Origin: an uncultured Planctomycetia bacterium
Lineage (GTDB): Bacteria; Omnitrophota; Gorgyraeia; Gorgyraeales; Gorgyraeaceae
Assembly: GCA_964415355.1 (NCBI GenBank)
Contig: CAYPYS010000001.1
Coordinates: 145,733-209,732, forward strand
Length of the DNA stretch: 64,000 nt
Reading direction: 5' to 3'
Part shown: positions 54,989 through 64,000 of the stretch, one piece after another
Position numbering within the stretch: the stretch's first letter is position 1
Layout: each line of letters starts with the position of its first letter
Notes under the pieces: model-generated
Databases searched by the model: none
The model's input: the letters and a program-made list of their open reading frames with translations, nothing else
What the model was told of the DNA's origin: nothing
Translations under genes and position numbers: made by a program

Positions 54989-56476
54989 CTAAACCGTCCC
55001 TTTCCGGGTTTCAATACGGTTGTAATCAACCGTTAATCTGTCGACTATAGCCAGGCCCAGCCCCATAAAAAAGAAATACGGGATCGCCATAAACGGGGAT
55101 TCCAGCAAGACTGCGAAAAAAGAAGCCGCTATAATAGCCAGGATAAAACATCCTATCCATATAAGGATATTATGTATTTTATGTTCGCCCAGGATCCTCG
55201 ATAGCCTGATTCCCTTGAGCATATGCAGAAAGAAAGCGCAGTTAATGGCCAGCCATAAAAATAATCCCACTATTCCCATTCTGCCGAATACTGTTATGAA
55301 AAAATTATGCGGGCTTTTAGCTATGCCGCCCACTTCTTCATATTCCCGCGTCCACTCGCCCACCATCAAAGAATATCTGTTGATCGCGAGAGATGGCCCG
55401 AAGCCTTTTCCCAGGAGTAACGATCTTGGATTCTCTAGCGCATCTTCGATCACGAACCTCCACCAGACCAGCCTATAAGACGCTGTCTGGGACTCATCAG
55501 GCGTAAAAATACTCAAAAATTCCTGCACAGTGCCTTCTGCAGACATGTCATAATGGTCTTCTTCCCCTTTTATCGTAAAATTCGAGACAACACCCGCGGC
55601 AAAGATCAGCATTAAAACTATCATGATTTTAAAAAGTACTTTCTTTGTGCTCGTCATGGATAAAAACATAAAAACAAGAAAACAGGAAACGTAAACAGCC
55701 CTTGACTGAAAAAGCAGGATCAAGAAAAATTGTATGATCACCGACAAAACCACCAGTAATTTATTCCAGTTATGATGCTTTACCATTAACAGAAAATAAA
55801 GAGCGCCTCCCAGGAAAATCAGGCTATCGGCGTCTTCCCGGAAACTAAAAAGCGGCATAAACCCCATCAACAAAGGAGAGTTTGCTGCGACAGTTTCTCT
55901 GGCTATATAGAACAAGCCCCATATTGCGTGAAAGACAAAAATCCATCCTATTATTTTGTAAAAAATTTCTATATTTTTATAGTCCTTATAAAATGCATAT
56001 CCGAACAGCAGGAATATTGAATAATAGACCATGGCGAAATCTCTCGCGATACTGACCGGCCTGTGCTGGCTAAGGTTTGTCATGGCGAGAATGCACCCTA
56101 ATAATATCCAGGCGAAGATCCATTTTGAAACGGCGTTAGAGGCTAATTTAGCGATGGCCGATCCGCGCCTGAAGGATATTAAGGATAAAAATATAACGAT
56201 CTCCCCGATAAACAGATAAATGCTGCCCAGGCGAATGCCCACATAAGAAAATCCTCTGCTTAACATAAAATACCCTGCTATCAGGATAATGATATTGCAC
56301 TGCCAGAACTGAAAATTCTTCAATAAAAAATGGTATAAAACCAGGCATCCGAGCAAGGCGATCGCCGCTATTAAAAATACTTCCGAAAAGAGAACCGTCC
56401 CTCCCGTTAAAATAGAAATTATAACTAAAATTGATATTATTCCTAATGTATTCATATTATCCATGCTTTGTTCCAT
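54989..56476 (-). CDS. O-antigen ligase / polymerase-like membrane protein
   Basis: 495-aa polytopic protein with a Wzy_C-like loop region. Confidence 0.5.
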   Translation of the reverse strand: MEQSMDNMNTLGIISILVIISILTGGTVLFSEVFLIAAIALLGCLVLYHFLLKNFQFWQCNIIILIAGYFMLSRGFSYVGIRLGSIYLFIGEIVIFLSLISFRRGSAIAKLASNAVSKWIFAWILLGCILAMTNLSQHRPVSIARDFAMVYYSIFLLFGYAFYKDYKNIEIFYKIIGWIFVFHAIWGLFYIARETVAANSPLLMGFMPLFSFREDADSLIFLGGALYFLLMVKHHNWNKLLVVLSVIIQFFLILLFQSRAVYVSCFLVFMFLSMTSTKKVLFKIMIVLMLIFAAGVVSNFTIKGEEDHYDMSAEGTVQEFLSIFTPDESQTASYRLVWWRFVIEDALENPRSLLLGKGFGPSLAINRYSLMVGEWTREYEEVGGIAKSPHNFFITVFGRMGIVGLFLWLAINCAFFLHMLKGIRLSRILGEHKIHNILIWIGCFILAIIAASFFAVLLESPFMAIPYFFFMGLGLAIVDRLTVDYNRIETRKGTV

Positions 56477-56504
56477 GGCAGCGCCCTCTTAAATCTGCCG
56501 TGCT

Positions 56505-57824
56505 TCAATTAAGTTTATCTATCGCCCCGGTCAATATATAGTTAAAAGAGATCAGTTTCTTTTGTTTTAAATAAATAAACATGGCTATTGTGACTAAGAT
56601 TTCCGTGATTAACAGAGAAACGGATATCCCTATATGCTTGAAAGGCGGGGTCAATAACAACGATAAGATTATATTGATAACCCCCACGGATACGAGGATC
56701 CCTGAAAAAGCCTTCTTGTGATTAAACGTGAGCATGGTCTGAATGCCTAATATATTGCTCAGGCTGATTATAAACGGTAAAAATGCCAGTATCCTTAATA
56801 CGATTACGGACTGGTAATACTGCCCACCCAGGACTATATTGACTATAGGGGCGGCGAATATAAAAATCGTCAGAGAAATAATGAAAGTCCCCCCACCCAA
56901 AAGAATGGTCAGCTTTCTTATAAACCTTAAAGCCCTTTCCCTGGATTCGTTCGCAAGTTTGCTTATATATGGGAACACTACGTTTGACATAGGGGATAAT
57001 AGCCTCTGTATAGATCTGATGAATCTCTCTGCCGCCGAATAATACCCTACGATTGCATTGCTTGCAAACAACCCCAGAATAAACGTGGTGCTTGTCGTGT
57101 ATAAACTGATCGATGCCCCGGAGATAAATACGTGCCAACCCTCTTTTAACTGGTGGCTTATCGTCTTAAAATTAGGGCGGGAAAATCTTATTTTAAAATT
57201 CTTACGCGCGATCCATAAGCCTAAAATACCGGCTATTAAAAACCCCAGGGATTCTATCAGGGGGACGTAAATATAATCGTGCGTATGCCTTATAAATATA
57301 AATATTGAAGCTGCAAAGACAAACTTGCCGACAATGTTCAAAAACAGGATATGTTTCATTTTTTCCATCCCCTGAAAAAACCAGACCGGCAGAAATGCAT
57401 GGCCTATGACCACGCCAAAGGTAAAAAGATAAACAAGGTAATCCTTCCTGAGCCTGGGGACAAAAAATACCAGTCCCATTAAAAGCGACAGGCTGATGAT
57501 TAAAAAACAAAATTTAATGAACAGCACGGAACTGAAGATCTCATCCGTCTTCTTTTTGTCTTCCCTGTTTATGGATATCTGCCTTGTCGCAGGTATATCT
57601 AATCCGTAATCTATTAAAAGAGAAAAATACTGAATAAACGCACGTGCAAAGGCAATAAGCCCGAATCTTCCGGGACCCAGGACCCTGACCAGATAAGGCA
57701 GGGTAATGAGAGCGAAAAAGGAATCCGCTGCCTTTAAAGAAGACAGGGAGAAAAAATTCTCAAACAATGTCTTTTTTTCCGGAGTAGCAATGGCCCTTTT
57801 AAAAAAATTCTTGCCGAATAACAT
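56505..57824 (-). CDS. oligosaccharide flippase (Wzx/MOP family)
   Basis: 439 aa, ~12 TM; PST-family features. Confidence 0.6.
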   Translation of the reverse strand: MLFGKNFFKRAIATPEKKTLFENFFSLSSLKAADSFFALITLPYLVRVLGPGRFGLIAFARAFIQYFSLLIDYGLDIPATRQISINREDKKKTDEIFSSVLFIKFCFLIISLSLLMGLVFFVPRLRKDYLVYLFTFGVVIGHAFLPVWFFQGMEKMKHILFLNIVGKFVFAASIFIFIRHTHDYIYVPLIESLGFLIAGILGLWIARKNFKIRFSRPNFKTISHQLKEGWHVFISGASISLYTTSTTFILGLFASNAIVGYYSAAERFIRSIQRLLSPMSNVVFPYISKLANESRERALRFIRKLTILLGGGTFIISLTIFIFAAPIVNIVLGGQYYQSVIVLRILAFLPFIISLSNILGIQTMLTFNHKKAFSGILVSVGVINIILSLLLTPPFKHIGISVSLLITEILVTIAMFIYLKQKKLISFNYILTGAIDKLN

Positions 57825-57848
57825 CTCTACCTCTTAGTCGTCCGTTTT

Positions 57849-60407
57849 TTATAAAGTCCTCAATCTGATCCCGTCTATATGAAGATTTCTGTCTTCCGCG
57901 GATTCTTCATCGTAATAATCGTTCTCAAAAACTATCCCCAGCCTGTTAGCGGGGCAATCTACGATTATAATGCCTGAATACTCTTTCCAGTCGCCAATGA
58001 CATCTAAGTCCATCACATGCTTATCATTGAACTTTATTATCATGCGAGGCCATATGCCAAGCGCTTCCCGGCCTTTCGCATTGAGCTTAAATTCATATAT
58101 ACCGGCTGGCAGAAATACATCCAAAGTCAACCCTTCTTCGGAATAGATATCTTTTTTTATGTCAAAATCCAAATCAAAACCTCCTGATCTGAAATCCACT
58201 GACACGGGAATATGATTAAAATCAAGTATCTTTTTTATTTCTGCGGGGCGATAATAAATAGAGCCTGTTTTTCTTGATATCTTATATTCCAGTTGATAGG
58301 CTTCCGCGTTTCTGGAGTCTATTGCCAGCGATTTTTCCAAAAATCTTCTTGCTGTATCTATATGGCCTTCGTTTAAATAATATTCGCCCAGGGATGCAAA
58401 GAATACAGACTTGCTTTCTGGGGAGAATTTCGTCTTCCTGTATCCAGCTAACGCGTCTTCTATAAGAGACATCTTCAGATAGCACTTGAGCCGTCCCAAT
58501 TTTACATTTTCATTGTCTCTCCCGAACGACTCTGCCATCTCATAATAAACCATTGCCTTATTTATGTCCTGAGAGGCAAAGGCCAGATCCGCAATGCTTT
58601 CATAAGGTTCCCCGTCTGTAAAAGATCCCGCCATTGACGAATGCCATTTCGACTCTGACATTGCGCGCGAGGCGTTTTTGTATAACCTGCTGGATATATC
58701 CGTATTACCTGAATTCAGGAGAAAACCGGCATGCTTTTTTAAGTAATACCAGTTTGCCGGGTCTAAATCTACGGCTTTCCTGTAAGCGCTGTCCGCTAAT
58801 CTTAGAAGGTTGTCTTCTGTAACAGAGTATCTGGAGAGGCGATAATAACTATCGGCTAAGCCCATCCACGACCATGCATCTATAGGGTTTAAATACAGCG
58901 CCTCTTTGTATTTCTTCACTGACTTATTAATATATTGCCTGCCGTCAGTTTTGCCCTGAGCCTTCTTGCTATAGATATTTGCCAGTTTATACGGGTATAA
59001 ATAATTAAAACGGCACAGATTTATCGCAGTAAGTGACAAACCTTCTGCTTTTTCCAGATTATTCCTGACAAAAGCCCTGTCAGATGCCGTTGAGCAGATC
59101 TCCGCAGCAAGCACAGTGCTTATAAAAATAATAGATGCTGTCATGGTTATCAACGCAAATGGCTTAAAAAATCTGGTTAAGGCAGGGCTAAGTTTCAAGA
59201 CAAGATCAGGATATCTTTTTTCCTTTTTAGAGGATATGTTGAAAATAAGGGCGGAAAAAACAGTAAATATAATAGCATTGGCGGGTATATAAAAATTGAA
59301 ATCCCCTAATCCGTGAAGAGACATGCTTAAAACCGCCACTGTCAGCGAAAGGGAGCTCCATTTTTTAAAAGAACTCATGGCTATCGCATAAGTCGTAAAT
59401 CCCTTTTTGACTATATTACAGATGATAATAACCGCCAGGCATGAAGCAAATATGCCTATTTCAGAAGCTATCTGCAGATAATCATTGTGCGCATAGTTTA
59501 CAAGCATATTCAAGCCCAGAGGCCTGTATTTTGGAAAATTGTAAATAAAGGTCCCTGGCCCGGTGCCTAAAAACCAGTTATCTTTTATCATGCCAAGAGT
59601 ACCTTTCCATATCTCCACTCTTCCTGCAAAATCCAATTCTTTATAACTCGAGATCCTTGCCAACAGCAATTTTGGATCTATTGCATTGTATATGAAAATT
59701 CCAAGGATTATAAAAAGCAGGGCTGACATAAAAAATACGAACCTGGCCTTACCTCTCTTGATTATAACAGCTGCCATGACAAGTAAAGACAACGATAAAG
59801 AAAACCAGCCGCCTCTTGACATAGAAAGGAGAAAGGCAGTGCATAAAAGCAAAAATGAGTAGATATACAGGGATTTCCTGCTCTTGTCTTTTTCGTATAA
59901 AATCATGCCTATTGAAAGCGGGATAATAAGTTCTGTCAACCCTGCGAAATGGTTATGATTTACATAGGTAGATGATAGAAATCTGGGATTATCCCACCAC
60001 GACTTATCAAGGACGCCCAGATACTGCAATATACCGAATAAAGCTATGCCTGTGCCAATGGCTAAAATTATATTTAGCGTTCTCTTTATCTCCTTTTCGC
60101 TCCTTATGAAATTTACTACGATATAAAAAATTGAGGCCAGGATAGCAAGTTTTATGATCTCCATAATAGACCCATATATATATTTAGAATTAATGATAGA
60201 TATAATAGATATAAGGGCAAATAATAATATAGATATATCTATAGGGGTCTTTTTTATGCGGATCTCTTTTTCCCTGGCTATCATAAAAGTCCAGAAAATA
60301 AGCATCGATAAAGTAAGGATATATATAGGGCCATAAGCCCATATCCTGACTGCCCCCCTTGCTATGGGAGCTAATATAAGGATTGCGTAGAGAATATAAT
60401 GTATCAT
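57849..60407 (-). CDS. O-antigen ligase-like membrane domain fused to periplasmic TPR repeats and a C-terminal beta-sandwich
   Basis: 852 aa; N-terminal polytopic Wzy_C-like region; central TPR repeats; C-terminal soluble domain. Confidence 0.5.
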   Translation of the reverse strand: MIHYILYAILILAPIARGAVRIWAYGPIYILTLSMLIFWTFMIAREKEIRIKKTPIDISILLFALISIISIINSKYIYGSIMEIIKLAILASIFYIVVNFIRSEKEIKRTLNIILAIGTGIALFGILQYLGVLDKSWWDNPRFLSSTYVNHNHFAGLTELIIPLSIGMILYEKDKSRKSLYIYSFLLLCTAFLLSMSRGGWFSLSLSLLVMAAVIIKRGKARFVFFMSALLFIILGIFIYNAIDPKLLLARISSYKELDFAGRVEIWKGTLGMIKDNWFLGTGPGTFIYNFPKYRPLGLNMLVNYAHNDYLQIASEIGIFASCLAVIIICNIVKKGFTTYAIAMSSFKKWSSLSLTVAVLSMSLHGLGDFNFYIPANAIIFTVFSALIFNISSKKEKRYPDLVLKLSPALTRFFKPFALITMTASIIFISTVLAAEICSTASDRAFVRNNLEKAEGLSLTAINLCRFNYLYPYKLANIYSKKAQGKTDGRQYINKSVKKYKEALYLNPIDAWSWMGLADSYYRLSRYSVTEDNLLRLADSAYRKAVDLDPANWYYLKKHAGFLLNSGNTDISSRLYKNASRAMSESKWHSSMAGSFTDGEPYESIADLAFASQDINKAMVYYEMAESFGRDNENVKLGRLKCYLKMSLIEDALAGYRKTKFSPESKSVFFASLGEYYLNEGHIDTARRFLEKSLAIDSRNAEAYQLEYKISRKTGSIYYRPAEIKKILDFNHIPVSVDFRSGGFDLDFDIKKDIYSEEGLTLDVFLPAGIYEFKLNAKGREALGIWPRMIIKFNDKHVMDLDVIGDWKEYSGIIIVDCPANRLGIVFENDYYDEESAEDRNLHIDGIRLRTL

Positions 60408-60506
60408 ATAGACAAAAACTCCCTGGACAGCGATTTTCCCCTCCTTCTCATCTGTCTTTTAGACAGATGCCGTGGCTGGTGGGGCTTCCAGCTTGCCCAG
60501 GGAGCA

Positions 60507-61292
60507 TTATAGATGAAATCCGTTATTAACGATCCTTACGAAATGCTCTACTATATCGCTGTCAAATTGAGCGCCTCTCTTTTGAATGATCTCATTTACG
60601 GCTATTTCTTTAGACACGGGTGTTTTATAAGAATGCGGTGATATCATTGAATCGTATGCTTCTGCTATTGAAATAATACGCGCGCCTTTCTGAATGTTCC
60701 TTCTATCCAGGCCTTTGGGATAACCCTTGCCATTCACTTTCTCATGATGCTGCGCAACTATTGCCGCGACGTCTTTTAACTCTTTTATGGAGCTCAACAT
60801 CTTTGCCCCCAACGCTGGATGTTTTTTTACTAATTCATATTCATGGGGCGTAAGCGTATCTTGTTTAAAAATTATATACTTATCTATACCTATATTTCCT
60901 ATATCGTGAAGAAGGCCTGCTATCTCTATCTTTTTTATATCGGAATCACTCATATTCATATCACGCGCTATTTCTGAAGCCAACCTTGATACTTCCTGGG
61001 CATGAAGGATAGAAGATTCACCGGCAGGGCCAAATGTCTTGAATACGCCTAGTATACTTGTGCATAAAGCATCTATTAATGAAACATTATATATATTACC
61101 ATTATCTATGGGCATATCGCCAAGTATAGACAGAAGTTCACTCTTGCGGATCCTATGATGGCCTCCCGGCGTTTTGAGCGTTCTCAGCTTGCCTGTATAG
61201 ATATAGTTCTTTATGGTCGAGAGACTTAGATTCACATGCCCTGCTGCTTGTTTAGGCGTAAAATAAATCTCTTGGTCAAATTTATTTTTCAT
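60507..61292 (-). CDS. HTH (MerR/excisionase-type) plus HD-GYP domain protein, probable c-di-GMP phosphodiesterase/regulator
   Basis: N-terminal HTH; HD motif (LLHDIGNIGID); GYP motif (GKGYPKGL). Confidence 0.65.
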   Translation of the reverse strand: MKNKFDQEIYFTPKQAAGHVNLSLSTIKNYIYTGKLRTLKTPGGHHRIRKSELLSILGDMPIDNGNIYNVSLIDALCTSILGVFKTFGPAGESSILHAQEVSRLASEIARDMNMSDSDIKKIEIAGLLHDIGNIGIDKYIIFKQDTLTPHEYELVKKHPALGAKMLSSIKELKDVAAIVAQHHEKVNGKGYPKGLDRRNIQKGARIISIAEAYDSMISPHSYKTPVSKEIAVNEIIQKRGAQFDSDIVEHFVRIVNNGFHL

Positions 61293-63390
61293 GGCTGTAA
61301 TACTTTCCGTAATAATATTGCGGGTAAGAGTAACAATCCTTCGTAAGCGATATATTATTAACTATAACCCCTACAATATTAGTGTTCACTTTCTGCAATA
61401 ATTCTTTTGCGTTATTTAAAAGCGGTTTTGTTATCCTGCTGCCGTCCGCTACCAGCACGGCCCCCGTGCAGATACTTGATAATATCTGGGCATCTGTCAC
61501 AAGAGCGACCGGAGGCGTATCAAAAATAACCTTGGAAAATTTGGAAGAGGCGATCTTCAGGAAAAGCTTCATGTTCTCCGATGAAATCAATTCTGCCGGC
61601 TTATCGGTGATCTTTCCTGCTGTAACAAAATAAAGGTTGTTGACCTTCGAAGTTCTGCAAATGCTATCGAAATCATTTCTTCCCAGAAGGAATTGAGAAA
61701 GCCCTGTCTTGTTCTCGACATTGAATACCGTATGCATTCTAGGTTTCCTCATATCGGCATCCACCAAAAGGACCTTTTCGCCGCTATTCGCAATCATAGT
61801 CGCGAGATTTACGGCAGTAAGGGTCTTGCCTTCCTTGGGGACAGAGCTTGTAATAACTATGCTCTTTGCCCCTCCTGAATGATTTATAGAAAATAGTAAA
61901 TTTGTCCTGATGGTGCGATAGGCCTCGGAAGCCAACGAATGCGAATCTCTTTCAACAATGCGATCTATTTCCTCTGCGTTTCTTACGTTTTTCCCGTCAG
62001 GCTTGATCTTAGGGACAGAGCCTAAAATAGGGGATTGAAGCAACGCGGCTATCTCTCTCGGGTCCTTTAACGTAACATCCATATGTTCCTTAAAAAAAGC
62101 CAGGCCTATGCCTCCCCCCAGGCCCAATATAATAGATAAAGCTATATTAAGTCCTTTTTTAGGCCTGACAGGTTTTCTGGGTACCTCCGCGATATCCTGT
62201 ATGCGCACGTTATTCGTCTGTATATTGCTTGCCACGGATGTTTCTTTCAATCTATTCAAGGCAATTTGCAGGATCCTGCTGTTGGTCTCTATCTCTCTTT
62301 CTAATGCATTGTAATCAATGATCTTCCTCTCGAATTCGAGCGCCTGCCTCTTCCTGTCATCTAATGCCGTTTTTAATTCGTTCTCTTCTTCCAGGGAATT
62401 TTCGTATTCTGTCCTTATCCCCGTTAACGCATTGTTGTATTCTGTCTTTATCTCCCTGTTTACAAGTGACTCAAGATGAGAGATGTTTTCCAGAAGCCTT
62501 ATCATCTTAGGATGTTTGTGTTTATATATTTTTTTATACTCTACCAGCAATGATGTCTGCTTTAGATATTCTTCTTTTAACCTCTCAAGGTTCTCATTGG
62601 AAACCAGGGGCGCTGGCAGATTCTCCGTAGTCATATCGCCTTCCTGCCCAAGCAGATTTCTATAGGTGGCCTCGGACTGGATTCTTCTCTTTTGGGCATC
62701 CAGATAACTGGCGTTTAATCTGATCAATGCGTCATTGATTATTTCCTGCTGATTTTCTATGGAAAAGATGTTATTTTCCTCTTTATATTTCTGCAGCCCT
62801 GCTTCCGCTTCACTTACTTTCTTTTTCTGTCTTTCGACTTCTTTCCTTAGCCAATCCTGCGCCTCGTTGGACACGTCTATTTTTAAATCTATATTGGAAT
62901 TGACATAGATCTTTGCAAATTCATTCGCGATCCTGCTTGCAAGCTTAGGATCCCTGCTTTCAGCATGTATTTTTATAATCCTGGCATCTCCTACAAGATC
63001 TACCTTTAATTTCTTGAGCAAAATCTCTATAGGATCTTTCTTTTTCCTGTATTCTTCTTCATCCGCGAGCCTCAGATTTTTCATTACAGCATGAGCGACG
63101 CGCCTGCTTCTTATTATCTCCTTCTGTGTTTCTATGTAATCCCTGTATAAGTAATATTCTGTCTCTCCTAGCTTAACGACATCCTTCACGGACAAAACAG
63201 AAGGGCTCTCTATATCGATTATAACCGTAGCCGCAGCCCTATATACCGGCTTTTGTATAAAAGAAGCCAGCGCGACAGTGGTGACAGTAATAAAAAAGAA
63301 GCTTGCGGCTACCCACTTTCGGCGACGCAATATATTAAGATAGTCTCTCAGGTGCATATTTATATTTTCATTTATAGTACTTAATTCCAT
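61282..63390 (-). CDS. polysaccharide co-polymerase / tyrosine autokinase (Wzc/BY-kinase)
   Basis: 702 aa; N-terminal TM plus GumC/Wzz periplasmic coiled-coil; second TM; C-terminal P-loop kinase with Walker A (SSVPKEGKTLTAVNLA) and Tyr-rich tail (YYYGKYY). Confidence 0.8.
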   Translation of the reverse strand: MELSTINENINMHLRDYLNILRRRKWVAASFFFITVTTVALASFIQKPVYRAAATVIIDIESPSVLSVKDVVKLGETEYYLYRDYIETQKEIIRSRRVAHAVMKNLRLADEEEYRKKKDPIEILLKKLKVDLVGDARIIKIHAESRDPKLASRIANEFAKIYVNSNIDLKIDVSNEAQDWLRKEVERQKKKVSEAEAGLQKYKEENNIFSIENQQEIINDALIRLNASYLDAQKRRIQSEATYRNLLGQEGDMTTENLPAPLVSNENLERLKEEYLKQTSLLVEYKKIYKHKHPKMIRLLENISHLESLVNREIKTEYNNALTGIRTEYENSLEEENELKTALDDRKRQALEFERKIIDYNALEREIETNSRILQIALNRLKETSVASNIQTNNVRIQDIAEVPRKPVRPKKGLNIALSIILGLGGGIGLAFFKEHMDVTLKDPREIAALLQSPILGSVPKIKPDGKNVRNAEEIDRIVERDSHSLASEAYRTIRTNLLFSINHSGGAKSIVITSSVPKEGKTLTAVNLATMIANSGEKVLLVDADMRKPRMHTVFNVENKTGLSQFLLGRNDFDSICRTSKVNNLYFVTAGKITDKPAELISSENMKLFLKIASSKFSKVIFDTPPVALVTDAQILSSICTGAVLVADGSRITKPLLNNAKELLQKVNTNIVGVIVNNISLTKDCYSYPQYYYGKYYSHEK

Positions 63391-63400
63391 GGTCTTCTCC

Positions 63401-63976
63401 TTAAAAGAAACTCTCCGGCACTACGATGATGTCACCTGGTTTAACAGCAATATCCTTGTCCTTATTACCCTTCTTTGTTATGTCGCTCACCTTTATAGGT
63501 ATGGTGATCTCTTCGCCTTCTTCTACGCGTATTATCTTTGTAGAATTTTCAGCTGCGCCTCTTCTGAACCCGCCTGCCATAGTAATGGCCTCCAGCGCTG
63601 TAGTAGGCCTGTCCTTAAAAAGTTCGTACTCGCCCGGCCTATTGACAAATCCCATCACAAACACCTTCTCAGGGTGATACTCCTTTATAAAGACATTCAC
63701 CTGCGGATCTACCAAATAGTCCTTTTCCAGCAAAAATCTTATCTTCTCCTCAACTTCATTTACCGAAAGGTCTTTTATATCCACTGTCCCTAAAAGCGGG
63801 AACATGATCTCGCCGTTCGGGCTGACCCTTAATTCAGTCGTGAGGTCAGGATGCTCGTATACGGTTATAGTAAGGACATCCCCTGCTTCTACCTTATATT
63901 CCTCGGAAGAATAGCTATTGGAGGGGCTGAAGGCTAGAATAATAAATATTATTAATAATATTTTTCTAATAAGCAT
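63401..63976 (-). CDS. polysaccharide export protein (Wza-like)
   Basis: 191 aa; signal peptide, polysaccharide-export and SLBB domain motifs (PGDIIVVPE). Confidence 0.7.
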   Translation of the reverse strand: MLIRKILLIIFIILAFSPSNSYSSEEYKVEAGDVLTITVYEHPDLTTELRVSPNGEIMFPLLGTVDIKDLSVNEVEEKIRFLLEKDYLVDPQVNVFIKEYHPEKVFVMGFVNRPGEYELFKDRPTTALEAITMAGGFRRGAAENSTKIIRVEEGEEITIPIKVSDITKKGNKDKDIAVKPGDIIVVPESFF

Positions 63977-64000
63977 AATGATTTCTTGTGGATTCCCGCT

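Overview
The window is a gene-dense bacterial chromosomal segment. About 56 of 59 genes run on the minus strand.

Positions 1–32,000 hold housekeeping and envelope genes of a diderm: clpC (partial), mcsB, mcsA, a class IV aminotransferase, lolD, lolC/E, lysS, lnt, secA, prfB, a short ogt, a short uvrC-like gene, murJ, rpsT, holA, lptE-like, bamD-like, comEC, comEA, leuS, a CDP-alcohol phosphatidyltransferase / radical-SAM / methyltransferase trio, tRNA-Leu(CAA) and tRNA-Ala(GGC), accA, an L,D-transpeptidase and two tandem paralogous outer-membrane proteins.

Positions 32,000–38,200 carry yifB/comM, an IS200-like REP-associated tyrosine transposase (RAYT) flanked by GTAG-type GC-rich REP hairpins, and a two-component pair.

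Positions 38,200–64,000 are a visibly more AT-rich exopolysaccharide/O-antigen cluster: glycosyltransferases, Wzx-type flippases, O-antigen-ligase-like proteins, a WbaP-like priming transferase, a deacetylase, an epimerase, a Wzc-type tyrosine kinase, Wza, and an HTH-HD-GYP regulator.

The most striking signal is a 37-bp AT-rich imperfect palindrome, TAACTTTACA-TTTCAACAACGTTAAAG-TGTAAAGTTA. It has 22 copies in both orientations and three co-varying arm subtypes. It occupies nearly every intergenic spacer from 0.7 to 38.2 kb and is absent from the polysaccharide island. Its TAA/TTA ends supply the stop codons of eight genes, and it encodes the last residues (NFTL*) of LolD and ComEC.

A second, GC-rich REP family (core GTAGGGGAGCCTTAAGGCTCCCCTAC) has four copies. 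Two are 54-bp perfect palindromes with unrelated arms.
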